DNA of 63,591 bases, filler included, from Octopus bimaculoides (taxonomy: Eukaryota), in NCBI RefSeq assembly GCF_001194135.2. It is 4 parts of 4 records of this genome, joined end to end, with 100 filler letters (N's around TTAATTAATTAA, not from the genome) between each part and the next. Parts side by side here need not be neighbours in the genome. Positions count along the whole stretch, not along the records: positions 18,368 to 38,543 come from NC_068982.1; positions 38,644 to 61,256 come from NC_068986.1; 2 more parts are not named here. One strand, given 5' to 3'. The position numbers and the translations under genes are program-made. The notes beneath the pieces were generated by a model, which made no database searches, was not told the origin of the DNA, and was given only the letters and a program-made list of their open reading frames with translations. Positions 24,918 through 38,692 of the stretch are shown piece by piece (positions within the stretch are counted from its first letter, which is position 1; each line of letters opens with the position of its first letter).

Positions 24918-26374
24918 ATCTTCTTATCTGCTTCCCTACACAAATACAGAGGGAGAGAGACAGACGGGACAGAAAAAGAAAAGAAAGGTAGGAGTGACAA
25001 TAATTGACAGCAGATTCCTATTAGCTGGAAAGTATTGATAATAAACTTCGTCCATAGCAGAATGTGGGGAGGGATTAGAAAAACAGCCAAGCAAACAAGT
25101 GATTAGATTTACTAGAGATGAAATGTACTATGACTTGTGGTTAAGTCTGAGAATATAAGTCGCGTGTCTAGCCTGATAACAAAATAACAGCCGACGCTAT
25201 ATTTAACTGTAGACTAGATAAAAACATATGTCAATACTGACTTCTTACGGATAAATATACACGCCAGCCGACAGGACTCTTGAAACGGATGCTGAGAGCG
25301 AAAATTTGTTCTAGTTTCATAGCAATGTTTGTTTTGGGATTATTATTTCTATGTTTACCCTTTCACAAATTAACTCTTTCTTTTTCTCTTTAACAGTTTT
25401 GTAATTACCAACCGTTGGTGCAGGGAAGATAGTATGCGCCCGAATATTATAAAGGTATTCCGTTGAAAGAAAACTTACTTTTTTTTAGAAAGTAGGTGTT
25501 TTAGGAGGCTTAAAACTGACTATTTGAGATCCAGTACAAACTTGATTAAAGCTAGGATCAAAAGCATTCCAACCATGGCCATTCTGTTTATTTAGGGTCT
25601 CAAGAACTATATCTAATATCCAGTGTGTTTTACTTCTTTTAAGACTGCAAGCTTTCATTAGAAAGAGTTTTAACTGTTATTTGCAATACAGCAAGGGATC
25701 ATGATGACGCTTTTTTGTTAGCACAACTTCTTTCGTTACTTTCGGAGGAAAAATAAAGCAGAATGTTTAAAAGTAACAGATGTTATATAAATTCATACCT
25801 ATAAAATATCCGTCAAAATATTAAGAGTCTGTTCGAAAATAAAACCACAAAACACAAAGTGCCACACCAGATTTAGTTATCGTTTTTCTGCATTCTGAGT
25901 TCAAGCTCTAATACGATTTGAAATGTTTTACATTTTTCTGGGCTGATAAGATAACTGCCAATCAAACAGCTGATTGTTACTCCATTCCAAATATCATGGT
26001 CATGTACATATTCCTTTTCATTTAACATATTTTATAAGGGTAAAGGGGCAAAGTGGTAGCAATGGTAGAATGTCAGATAAGATATTTTACCATATTCAGT
26101 TATGTCCCTTCATTTTCTGAGTTCAAATTCCGTTGGAATCGGTATTACTTCTAATACATCCAAGTAAAAGATAAGTGAACCCGTCCTAGAAAAAATAACT
26201 AGCTCCAATAAAAAAAAACTTAACTAGAAACGAACGATTCAATCGAATTTATCTCTCTCTCATAAACGCTACATTTACTGCAGTTGTATAAGAAATCTAT
26301 ATCGGAAATTTCAGAAACGGTGGATAGCCAGTAGTTGCGCTGGACTAGCGGCTTTTTGTATTACTATTTGCATA

Positions 26375-27144
26375 CGCGGGGGTACCCAAAAGAAACCGGA
26401 ATTTTTCAATATTTTATTCACTTAGTTTTACACGTTAACACTTGTACCGCCTTCAAAGTATTCTGCATTTGAAGCAACGCATCAGTCCAGACGCTTTTTC
26501 CACTATTCCAAACAGTGCTGGAACTCTGGCCAAGAGATGCCTTTTAACGCCTCTGTCGTTTTTTTTCTTCACCTCTTCCACATCTGCAAGCTCCGTAGCA
26601 CCAGCTTTCGTCACCAGTGATGACCTTCGAATAAAAGACCCAGATAAACTTCCAACTGTTCTTTCAGTTCACAACACGCATTCAGTCATGACTGCTTTTG
26701 ATCTTCTCTGAGCAAAGTGAGGCACAAATTTTGCTGCAACTCTTTTCATTCGCAATTCCTCGCTCAAAATTCGTTGACAGGAGCTGTGAATTTTCATGAT
26801 GTTTTCATTCATTCGGGAGGTAGGCAGATGTCCTCAACGTGGTTGGTATTCAAGCGACAAATAACCATTCCTAAATCATGGAAACCACTCGTAAACTTGT
26901 GGTTTTCTCATGGCAGCGTCATGAAATTTCAGAATTTCAGGGAAGCAAGCTGTTCCTTCGTTTCAGCCATTGCAAAAATCGACGAACAGTAGAGAAGCAC
27001 ATGGCAGTACAACTGAACTAGAAGATGCCAGTCAGCATACTGATGCATGAGGGTAGCATCAAGTGGCTGCTAGCGGCGGAAGCCTGAACTACAAGAGGCT
27101 TGTCCTACAGATAACGTTTCCGGTTACTTTTGGGTACCTCGTTG
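26375..27144 (-). mobile_element. Internally deleted mariner (about 770 bp)
   Basis: TIRs TA-CGCGGGGGTACCCAAAAGAAACCGGAA and reverse complement TA-CAACGAGGTACCCAAAAGTAACCGGAA; decayed N-terminus (MAETKEQLASLKF..) and C-terminus on the minus strand, catalytic core missing. Confidence 0.82.
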
Positions 27145-27599
27145 TACATAACAACTCGAGTCCGAATGTGACAGGAATTTGACTTTGGAACTGTCAGAAG
27201 TTCACTTCTTTCTTGAAATGTATTGCTTATTCTACCGATTAATCTTGCGATCTTAGTTGATCTGGAGATACTAGCTTCATCGGTATTTCTTTTTCCTTAT
27301 GGTGAATTTTGTTTTGTTGGCGAGTTATCCAAGCTCTCTTTCAGTCTTTGATGTTTAGTGATATTCCACGAATGATCGTATCTCAGTTGTTGAATTTATA
27401 ACAACACTAAAACAAACAATAATTCGGATAAGTTGATTTGTGAAGTAACTCGAATAATTTCACTATGATTATCAGCTTGTCAGGAGGTTCTAATTTATGA
27501 CCGAGAGAGAAAGTGAATAGCTGTTTATTCAAATGTATATAACACCTGCATTGACACATAAATACAAAACTAAGCAGCATAACAGAATTGTTAGTCAAC

Positions 27600-27950
27600 G
27601 TCAACAGAGACCAGGTGTAAATGAACTTGTATGAAATACCAAGAACAATTGGCAAGATCGCTTTGTTGCAGAGATCGTGGAGAAATGTTAAAAGGAGGGG
27701 ATTGATATACTTCTTAGCCCCAAAGTTTTGGCATGTTCCCTAAAGAGAAATTTCAAAAGGACAAATTCGATGTGTGGCAGAAGTATTACAGTAAACGGAA
27801 CCAGGAATTGCATTGTAAATTTGATGCCAAAAACAAAGAAGAGATCAAAGATATTTGGTGCTCATGTGATATTACACGCCGACCCATAGATTAATGCCCC
27901 AGTAGATGAAATGAAACAACGTCAGTATCAAAGTCAGAGATGTGGGAGAG
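27600..27950 (+). pseudogene. Possible ancient RTE endonuclease relic
   Basis: EGIDILLSPKVL resembles the RTE GVGxLLSPxA motif; the rest is too decayed to confirm. Confidence 0.25.
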
Positions 27951-28876
27951 GAATTCAGCCCATGACACACCAAAACTTTCATGGAACGGTATTGGAAGGA
28001 TGTCCGAACACGTATGATCAAAAAGAAAATGTTTTGTTAGGGCACAGGATGGAGCTCCAAACCCAAGGCATTTTTTTAAAAATCATTCCCAAAGAAACCA
28101 TTGTCATAGAGATCGTTTCTATTGCCAGTCCCTACATTCTGATTATCATTATCATCGATAATTCTATTAGCAGTACGACATTTTCTGGATGTCCTTAACA
28201 AAAGTACTCGTCCGATTAACCTAGATTTTCATGCGTGTGAAATAGCATATCCCAGAATACAGTCGCTTTTTCATTTTCTTTTTCTTGCCTTATATTTATA
28301 CCACCCCTTTTTAAGTGTCAGTTCTTAATACCGCGACAATTTCCAGTGTATGAAAGTCAAGTTTGCGTCCGAATTCCACATTCATTATTTCAGTTTTCAT
28401 ATTTGTAGAAATTTCCAGCTTATTTTAGTCATTTGAGCAAGCCATATTAATAAATTTTTTCATAATATTAGGTCCCTTCTTTCTTACCTTTTCTCTTGGT
28501 AATTGCATATTTCAGATATTCCTACTATTTTCATTTTCTTCAATAGTCTCTGGGACACAGTTACACCAATTTCTTTTTCTTTTCTGCGACTGGTTTATCT
28601 ACCATGAAGGTAGATATCCCGTGCAATGTTCCGCCCGTGACAAATAACGAAACGTGTAGTAGCAGTAGCAGCAACAAGATCTTAGTATTGTAAAAGATAA
28701 CCATTATACTTTATTCTGCAACTGTACCTCTTAAGAAACAAATAGATTCATAAAAACATTTTCTTACAAACTGGAATCACCAAAAGACGTAAGAAGGGTA
28801 GCTTTCAAGTCGATCAGTTGCCGTAATATTTTGTTTTGATAATCCTGGCGATGTGAAGAATACTGTGTAACTAAGA

Positions 28877-28914
<38 letters not shown>

Positions 28915-29910
28915 TTATTTGTATTATAACAGTAAAAGCTGAAATCCAGCTCGAAATAGTCTATCAAAATTAGGTAGCCATGAAATGGTTAATAATTTAC
29001 CTTGCTGACCTAGACAGACAAGTACATTATTCCAGGTGTTAATTGTAGTTTGTGGTTCGTTTATCTATTCCTCTTAGGAGTTTGGCGAGAATATATGATT
29101 GAATCTTGTTTTTGTTATCCAAAGATAAATATTTTCTTAACTTTGACGTTACTTCTTTGGTTTTTCTCAGTTTCTCTACACAGAAAATGACAGCTTAAAG
29201 CCACTTTATGTTGTCTGTTTCTTCTTGATCATATTTCCCTCAAGAGCTATATATAAACCATCAGATGAGTGAAGACCTCTGCAAGTCTTTCATCGATACA
29301 GTATTGCTTTAGTTATCATGCCTGGCAGAATTCTTCATTTCCTAATCTTACAGAAAATAGACAGTAAACAAGTTTATTTCTTAAATAGCAAATATATTTT
29401 CAGACACAAATTTAAAATTATGGGTACTAGACCTCGTGAGACAGTTTTAAATCACACCTTTTCAGTCCAAAACATAAGCTATCAATTTATTTTATCGTGA
29501 TGAGAATATTTTATAATTGAGACGAAAATATTAAATTTTGATATACTTGTTTCTACTGACGAAATTTAGCATCTTACGTTTGCTGCTTTTGTCTCTGCTT
29601 TGTTGTCACTCTTGTAGACTTATGACCAAAAGCATTTATGCCTTGACCATCCTAGTTTTTCAGGAATAGTGTAACCCGAACTACATTAAGCATTTTGTCA
29701 TTTCCTGACATAGTATGTCATTGAAGAGACTTAATCACGCCGAGACATTGACATTATTTGAAGCTCAGCTTGATGTGTTTTTACACACAAAGTCTATTCA
29801 GACATTTCTCTATACAAGGTCCCGAAGCTGGTACCTTTCATGTTTTAATGTGCAGAACACATTAAAAATACACGGGCGCACCTTTATTTTAGCTTTCGTT
29901 GCCGCGTGCG

Positions 29911-29952
<42 letters not shown>

Positions 29953-32390
29953 AATATATGAATTATTTCATTCTATGTGGGAAAATATTTCTAGCGTTGC
30001 TCTAAAGCAATTACTGCACTAAATTTTGGAAACAACATATGTATCTGGCATGGTAACGTGGTTGATTTCAACCTACTTACCATTCTTTTAGGTTTGGTGC
30101 ACAGGTAATTAAAAAGGTAAGCTTTGTTCACCTTAATAATTTCGGTTTGTCCATGCTTCTCCAAGAGGTTCGAAGATCGAAACGTTTCTTGACCTATCTC
30201 CGATACTGCTATAATAATTACAACGTGCTAATGACCTCTATTTCCATTAGTGGTCCTAATTAGACAGTTAATAAACACTATATTCAATATGTTCACCCTA
30301 TTTAACTATTTATTTTCAAGTGGATAAGTCTGAGTACTTTACTTAAGTAAATATTCCAAAATCATTATATCAATTCTATACAAGATATATTTCACTTTTT
30401 TTCAAAAATGTCTAAACAATTATATAATATCGAGAGAAAACAAGGACCTACAACCAACTTATCACGCATTTAACTTAGCTAACACACGTCATTCACTTCC
30501 AGTGCGATGATACTTGAGGCTTTTAAAATTAAAATTCCGAGATTTCTTTCCCCCGTTTCACTATTTTTCTTCAAGAAGTATACGTTTCTGAGTATATCTT
30601 CTAAGCCTTTCTTTTAGTCTATTACACGACCGGCATTCATAAAATCCGCCTCAGATGATACATCAATAATTCTAAAGTTATATAAAAAAATAAATCATAA
30701 ACGTTACCGTCCTTTGTATCACATATTAATTAACTCGTAAATGTTGTTCCTGGATCAGTTGAAGTTGAAGGGATCAGATTTAAAAACTTTGTTCTATCCA
30801 TTTTGCATTCTAAATTTCAACTGACGTTCTTCTTAGGCTAATCTCTGTATCGTGGACTAGTTTACGTGAGCAGAAAGTAAAAGAAATATCACAGGCATAA
30901 ATCTAGGGCAAGAAATTATCCTGATAACACATGCCTAGAAAGTATGTCTCGATACTTTTCTCATTTCAATATAATCAATATTTAAGAAGGAAAAAGTAGC
31001 CAAAACAATATATTTACAGTTTAATCGCAGAAAAAGTCTCAGGAAAACAAAAATTAAGTGAATCCAAAAATAGCTTTAAAATACACTTTTTAAAGATATC
31101 TTTTTTGTAACAATTTGTGCATTTTTACGAGAGTTATATTCAATACATCGATAAATATATTGAATATAACAGTGTGTATATGTGTACAACTATAAATATG
31201 AATTATATATAGAGATAGTACGTGAGTGTGTGTGTGTGTATACACATACATTTACACACGTGTTTGTGTGTATATGTAAAGTGATGTTTATAAACATACA
31301 CACACACACACACACACACACATACACACAACACACACACACACATATTCATATATTTCCTCACTCTTACACAAAAATGCATCAGTTTATTTTATAGAGA
31401 CAGATATTCTGGAACTGAAGCTGGGCATGGAACAATATGTGAAAAGTAACTAAACTTGCGCAACAAAAAGAATAAATGAAGCTAGATTCACAATTATAAC
31501 TAGATTCGTTGCTTTACGAAAGACAACGAATCTCAATCATTAAGCGTCCACTCATTCCAAAACAAGTCGAATAAATATTGGAAGGATATGTGCCAGGCTG
31601 CGCATGATGGAAATAATGGTAATACTGATACAGATTTATATTTCATTATTTCCAGCAAACTAATGACTGATCAAAGAAACATATCACTCTGCATTAGGCT
31701 GTGCTGTATCCCTAGATTTGATACGAATATAATATTCCATATCTCAAATACTGACATTAATTTTATCAGTTTAGTACTAATTGAGCATAAAATATTTGAT
31801 AGGAAAATATACGCTCTATGGGAGTTTTCTGCCCGAATGTTCCAGCATACATTTGATTCTTAAAATGTAAGATGAATGGTATCATTTTTTCTATTACTGG
31901 TGAGTTTATCACATCAAAAAGAATGTAGTATATTTATCTATAACTTTGATCCTCTATAAAGGTAAATGGAAACTAAGTCTTAAAAATTATAGGATAATGA
32001 GGTTGCATGTCTGAAAAGGGATTGGTTACTTGGCTACGCACTATTAGAAGGAATTTCATCGTAGATCTATTCTATCAGGGTGACATGGACAAAACAACAG
32101 TTACCAACATATCACCAACTACTGCTGGATGCAACAACTGAACAAAAATGATTTTCATTTATTTTCTTTCTTTTTTTAGGATATTATATTAATATCTAGA
32201 ATGTGATCGATATTCCTACTTTTAATTGGAAAATAAAAGTCGACCGAAGCGAAAACACACGTCGTAAACCGAGATAAAAAGATACAAGGTATTTGTTTTT
32301 AATGCGCTATGGTCGTAGCACTACTACTGCCGTGAGTGCGTATATGTATGTGTATATATATACACACACACACACACACATACACATATG

Positions 32391-32820
32391 CAGGGGTTGG
32401 ACAAAATAATGGAAACACCTTAAAATCTCAAACAAATTTATTTTAATATGGGGTAGGACCGCATTTGGCAGTAATTTACAGCTTCAATTCTACGAGGTAT
32501 GGACTTGTACAAAGTTTGAATTGTTTCCAAAGGAATTTTTGTCCATTCATCAGCTAAAACAGTTTCCAGTTCTTATAGTGATGATGGTGGAGGATATCGG
32601 CTCCTTATTTGTTTTTCTAAAATGCATCATAAATGTTCGATAATATTGAGATTTGGGGACTGTGGTGGCCAGATAAAATGTTCAACTTCACTAGAATGTT
32701 CCTCGTGCCATTCAGTAACAACTTTAGCTGTGTGAATTGATGCATTATCACCCTGAAAGATTGCGTTTCCCTCCGGAAACAGTTCTGCAATCATAGGATG
32801 AATTTGATCAAATACAATGC
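32391..32820 (-). mobile_element. Tc1-like 3' remnant with DD36E spacing
   Basis: Terminus CAGGGGTTGGACAAAATAATGGAAACACC; minus strand FQGDNASIHTAKVVTEWHEEHSSEVEHFIWPPQSPNLNIIEHL*; D at 32747-49 to E at 32636-38 spans 114 nt, i.e. 36 intervening residues. Confidence 0.88.
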
Positions 32821-34144
32821 TTAAATAGACTTAAACTATTAATTCTGTGTAAAAGAACTCGGATTGTTGTGCTTCCAATCAGGCCTTTTGCGATACCCCT
32901 AAAGCCAGGAACTTTCAGTACCACCTCTTATTGAATCGACGTCAGGTGAATTGTGTCACATCTGGCCATATCTTTGTCCAAATAATTTACTCCATCTTCT
33001 ACGGGCTTATTCTATTCCAGCTTCCTTACTAAATCACTTGCTTCTAATGCTTTTCTTTTCAATTTTTGTATTTTCCGTTAGCCTAAAAAACAGACAACCC
33101 TACTTTGGACATGCCACATACGCATATCTACTCACATATACGCACAAACATACTCCGATCTCGTACATTGACACGTCTTCTCGTTGAGATTTAATTACTT
33201 GATAATTTGAATACCAGTATGTATTTCATTCAAATCGAAATAAAAACATCAAGTACAGGAGACAAGTCATTGCACTATACTTTCATGCATGTCCTCTATC
33301 GGCTTATATACATCTATCTATTTACATAATCTCTTTTTTAGATCTATCTTAATAACACCCGGTCTATGTGTCATTCCCACGATCTCTCTTTCACACGCAC
33401 ACATAGATAGCCTGCGCATAATATCTAATTTTCTCATTAAAATTCCATTTGTATCTTTCATTACATCAACATGTTTATTGCTCTATGATTCTTTCTACAC
33501 ACACAAATGTATGTAGTATATATATATATCACACTTCAAGCACTCCATTAACTGATACGATCAAAATAGGTAACTCAATACGTTATTTTGAACAATGTCA
33601 AAAGGCGGAACCAACAATAACAATAGTAACGACACAGTCGTGAAATACAGAATAAAGCAATGAACGGGACAATCACTGACAGAAAGAGACTTCAAGGCTA
33701 GAAATTCAATCGAAAAATCACGTAAAACAGGAGAAATTATATACATTTCTTAAATTTCTTTAAAAGAATATAGCGCAATATAGGTAATATTTAGGAAATA
33801 AAATCAAAATTTTCTGTTGCAATGTCCAATTCAGTTCTACAAGACCTTATGACTTCAAGAGTATAGCTATCTTTATTTACATATGTGTTTTGATAACAGT
33901 CGAAGTATGTATGAAACTATGAAACAGTACAAGTTGTAGGTAGGTTAAAAATGTAAAAGCAACTTGGATGTACTGCTATTAGAATTGATTAAATGTGAGG
34001 CATTAGTAATGTTTCTATCATGGATAAATAATCAGTGAGTTAACGAAAGAGTGTCCAAAGTTTTTATTGTGGCACCTGTTTAGAGATGGCGGAACGATGC
34101 CTAGCATCGTAATGCGAAAAACATTGATTTTCGACAGGTATTCA

Positions 34145-34354
34145 TTTACTTATTTCAGTCATTTTACTGCGGCCATGCTGGAGCACCGACTTTAGTCGAA
34201 CAAATTGACCCCAGGACTTATTCTTTGTAAGCCTAGTGCTTATTTTATCGGTGTCTTTTGCCGAACCGCAAGGTAACGGGGATGTAAACACACCAACATC
34301 GGTTGTCAAGTGATGATGGAGGGAATAAACACAGACACACACAAATATATACAC

Positions 34355-34402
<48 letters not shown>

Positions 34403-34553
34403 GACGGGCTTCTTTCAGTTTCCCTCTACCAAATCCACTCACAAAGCTTTGGTTGGCCCGAGGCTATAATAGAAAACACTTGCCCAACGTGCCACGCGGT
34501 GGGACTGAACCCGGAACCATGTGGTTTGAAAGCAAGTTTCTTACCACACAGCC
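34145..34553 (-). mobile_element. SINE family B, full length with internal (TA)n
   Basis: Head, CORE-like segment, microsatellite and tail all present. Confidence 0.9.
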
Positions 34554-34720
34554 TAGTAGAGTGTATTCAACTTCAATATTTGGCGTCAGAATTCAAATAA
34601 ACCAAGTGGAACATACTATACAAAGTCACAGTTCTTATTTTACATCAATATTTTGGGTAGAGAATCGAAACAGATTCGTTGGATCAGCTCAGCGATAATT
34701 TAACCACGTCACTCACTATA

Positions 34721-35121
34721 CTCTTTACTCTTTTACTTGTTTCAGTCATTTGACTGCGGCCATGCTGGAGCACCGCCTTTAGTCGAGCAAATCGACCCCA
34801 GGACTTATTCTTTGTAAGCCTAGTACTTATTCTATCTGTCTCTTTTGCCGAACCGCTAAGTTACGGGCATGTAAACACACCAGCATCGGTTGTCAAGCGA
34901 TGTTGGGGGGACAAATGCAGACACACAAACATATACACACACACACACATATATATATATATACATATATACGACGGGCTTCTTTCAGTTTCCGTCTACC
35001 AAATCCACTCACAAGGCTTTGGTCGGTCCGAGGCTATAGTAGAAGACACTTGCCCAAGGTGCCACGCAGTGGGACTGAACCCGGAAGCATGTTGTTCGTA
35101 AGCAAGCTACTTACCACACAG
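34721..35121 (-). mobile_element. SINE family B, full length
   Basis: Near-consensus; ends in (CTCTTTTA)-type tail; head GGGACTGAACCCGG...TTACCACACAG; CORE-like CACCTTGGGCAAGTG on the minus strand. Confidence 0.92.
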
Positions 35122-36896
35122 ATCTTTAAAAAATATTTTTCAAACGAATCCAGTGATTTTTAAGATTTACGACAGTCAAACAGACATATTTGGCTTTAAA
35201 TAATTTAGTCTTCCTACATATTTTTAACCTGTTAAGAAAATTATTTTAGCCGCAGAGGTCTTTTGGCTTTACAACAAAATACGTTGTAATTTACAAGCAC
35301 ACACTTTCATATCAGCTTACATTTACCGAAGTAACCCAACTGCTCTATCGAACAGTGTCCTTTTATGAGTATGTATTTCCAGCTATTAGTAAATGGACTG
35401 TCATCTTAACAGCATACGCCTTCGTATACATGTGAATCATGTTTATTTACGCAGATTGAGTATTAGTTCGTAGGATGTTGCGCATGTCCTTCAAAATGTC
35501 AGGTTTTAAAGTATATTTATTTATTAATTTCGTTTCGATTTTATGTATCTCTAGTGCCTAAAGCTGAGAAACAACAAAATTTAACTTGTGTATCTGCCAA
35601 TACAAACAAATATTGACAGTTTCGGGTGTCCAAACTCCATTAAAAGCAACATTTTACATGATTTCTTTTTTTTCTTTTTTTTTGTGCCAATGGTGTTCGT
35701 CGTGAATTAATCATAACAAATAAAAACAAAGCTTGCTGAGTTACTTCGCTAAAAGCACACGACACATTACTCTTATGAAGAAATTTAAAATGTTCACTAT
35801 ATCATTTTTTACTACATCTTATCAAACATACTTTCTTACTCTATAGTCACTCTAGGACAGGAAACAGATTTCATGAAATATTCTGAATGGAAAATTCATT
35901 ATACCAATATAAATATATTTTAAAATCCATAAATCTAATATCGGACGGATGAAAATTGATACATGTTAATTTCCAGTAGGCAAAAAGCCATAAGTTAATA
36001 GGTAAGAAATGGAGTCGATTAACTCAACCCTAAGCATACGCCGGTATAGATTTTATTGATTCTGAAAGAGTTTGAACTTAGAATGTAAAAAGGCGTAACA
36101 AAACAGACAAAGAATTTAACCTTAAACGCCGTGTTTTCAACCACTTACTTCAAGAAAACAAAAGAAATACCGAGATATGTGTTTTCTAAGTTAACATTTA
36201 TAGTTTGATTCATCATCATGTAGCGTTCCTGCGTCGTCACTATCATATTGCGTCGAACAAACAAAAGATATATTACAAACAGCGGGTAGAATTACAGTCA
36301 TTGTTCTACCTCTGATAGATTCCAAACTCCGTGGGTTCTCAGAAACAGTTCTGTAAAATAAGCTTAGTTCCAGACACAAAATTAAAGCGTGAATGAAAAA
36401 TTGAATGCTGTCCGAAGTATCTTGCTAAAATTGACTATTAAATCTTGTGCGGTATATGCATCTTTATGAGAAAAAGTATTTTAAGTATCTAAGACAAAAG
36501 GTTAGTATGTAAACCACTAGAGACATGTAACTTGATATATTGCACGCTTGCACACCCACAAACATTTCTATTTCCTTGCGTAAGTCTACACCACATGTAT
36601 TTCTTCAGGGAAGACAGTATACGTGGGTGAAACTTGATAAAGGAGAAGTCAAAACCAAAGAGACAGATGAGTATATTTGTTAAAGAAAATATTACAATAT
36701 AAACAAGAATAACGGGAGGAAAAAAATCAATAAAGTTCAACTTTGCATAGATTGCCTTTCACTTCGTTGTCGACTTTCAGACATTGATGACCATGTCTTA
36801 CACCTCTGACTATATATCAGTTTCTCAAACCCGCGCTGTTTCCTGTTTCTATCTTTAGCTCTCTTTCCTCTCTGTATATATGGTACACATGTGCTC

Positions 36897-36905
36897 TCTC
36901 TCCCC

Positions 36906-36952
<47 letters not shown>
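36897..36952. repeat. (CT)n microsatellite
   Basis: Directly visible. Confidence 0.95.
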
Positions 36953-36958
<6 letters not shown>

Positions 36959-38286
36959 CTCACACAAACACATTAAGTGTTGTATTTGGTGCTTAATTTC
37001 TCAAAGTCATGTCAACATCGATATTGAGTTGACGATGTCAGTAACCCCAGCCACACTGGATCCCTTCTACGTGGCAGCCACACAAGACATCATTCCAATA
37101 AACTTCGTGTAGATGCGATCGCTGTTAGTGGTGCACTTCGTAAATAACAGTAAAGTAGTAAATATGCTAATGACGGTAGTCGCGGCAGCAGCAACTGCAA
37201 TGAGCCACCAAAGGAACCTCTATTTGCGGATCGACCAGCTAGAAATCGCAGTCAAATCTTCAACATAGCACTAAAAAATTTGTAATAATAACTGACATAG
37301 TTATTGTACAAGGCTGGAAATGCGCGAATTTTGAAATAGGCAGCAAGTCACAAATGTTTTAGAAAAGGTACAGTTATTTAACTGCTGCTATATTTCGTTG
37401 ACATCGGAATTTCAACTCGGTCCCTAAAGAGATGTGACTAAATAATGTAAGGTATTTAGCTGATCACTCTAACTCTGCCAATGACATTTTTTAAACTTTC
37501 ACTGACTGGTGAGGTCGATGGAGGACAGACTGCGTTGTATAATGCATCCGTCCCTGTTTTTCTTTTATGTGGAAAGGGCGTGTTTTTATAGAGATTTGGC
37601 TGCTATTTTCAGCAGACCTAGCAAGCATGTGGAGTTTACTGGGTTGATACATGTGAGGCAGAGTCACAATAACGTATGGATTATATAAGGTAATCCCAAG
37701 TGGAGATGAACTGTTTTATTAGCGAATGAAGTGGGGAGAAATAGAAAATCTGAGAGCCAGTCATTTAACTCTGGGCTATCCTTGACTTGTCTTAAAAAAG
37801 ACAAAGAATGGATTCTGGAACTGAGTAAAAGAACAGGATGTTCGCAGTTGAAATGTAACGTAGTTAGAAATATTGTAAGCATAAACTTTAAAAATAAGAT
37901 TAATAGTTAAATAAATTTATCACTATAGCTCTAATTTTTTTTTTTTTTTTAGCTGAAATACATAAGGGACTGGCTTTAAGGATCTCATGTATTTAATGTT
38001 ATCAGGTGATAGCAGAAAATTATCAGTGAGGACGTAATAGAATTGGAATTGTTAACACGACTTCGTGGGGGTGTATTGAAGGTGATGGGATTTGATATTA
38101 AATTCCCAAGGATTTATGATATAATGCAGCTGTACTTTAGGGTGGTGGCTATAGCCAAAAACGTCATGGATAGGAAACAGGTTCGATTCCCGGTAGTGAT
38201 ACAGTTACTATTCCAGGTTGGAATCTAACAACTTCCTCTTTTCACACTCCAGTCTTCAGCAACGTGCTTCATTTCTTCATACGATA

Positions 38287-38507
38287 CTCTCTCTTTTACT
38301 TGTTTCAATCATTTGACTGCAGCCATGCTGGAGCACAACCTTTAGTCGAATCAAATCAACTCCAGACCTTATTCTTTGTAGGCCTAGTACTTATTCTATC
38401 GGTACCTTTTGCCGAACCGCTAAGTTATGGGGACGTAAACACACCACCATCGGTTGTCGCGCGTTGTTGGGAGGACAAACACAGACACACACACACACAT
38501 ACATACA

Positions 38508-38543
<36 letters not shown>
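38287..38543 (-). mobile_element. SINE family B 3' half ending at a gap
   Basis: CTCTTTTACTTGTTTCAATCATTTGACTGCAGCCATGCTGGAGCA... Confidence 0.85.
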
Positions 38544-38643
38544 NNNNNNNNNNNNNNNNNNNNNNNNNNNNNNNNNNNNNNNNNNNNTTAATTAATTAAN
38601 NNNNNNNNNNNNNNNNNNNNNNNNNNNNNNNNNNNNNNNNNNN
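38544..38643. other. Artificial 100-bp linker gap
   Basis: 44 N + TTAATTAATTAA + 44 N. Confidence 0.95.
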
Positions 38644-38691
38644 CACACACACACACACACACACACACTTTCTCATTTTTATATATATAGA
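38644..38691 (-). mobile_element. 5' end of a non-autonomous Helitron-like element
   Basis: Minus strand A|TCTATATATATAAAAATGAGAAAGTGTGTG, the same 5' end as 60928. Confidence 0.7.
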
Positions 38692-38692
38692 T

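Noticed and set aside
25397-25454. 58-nt candidate internal exon (FVITNRWCREDSMRPNIIK)
   Set aside because: Good acceptor but weak donor (GTATTC) and no recognisable homology; such matches are expected by chance in AT-rich DNA.
36191-36345. EF-hand-like loop DSDDAGTLHDDE in a minus-strand ORF with a plausible acceptor
   Set aside because: Position 5 is Ala, flanking helices do not fit, and no partner exon or second EF-hand is visible; likely chance.
37020-37090. Pre-miRNA-like hairpin (GTCAAC...GTTGAC)
   Set aside because: Stem too short and interrupted; no known mature miRNA recognised.
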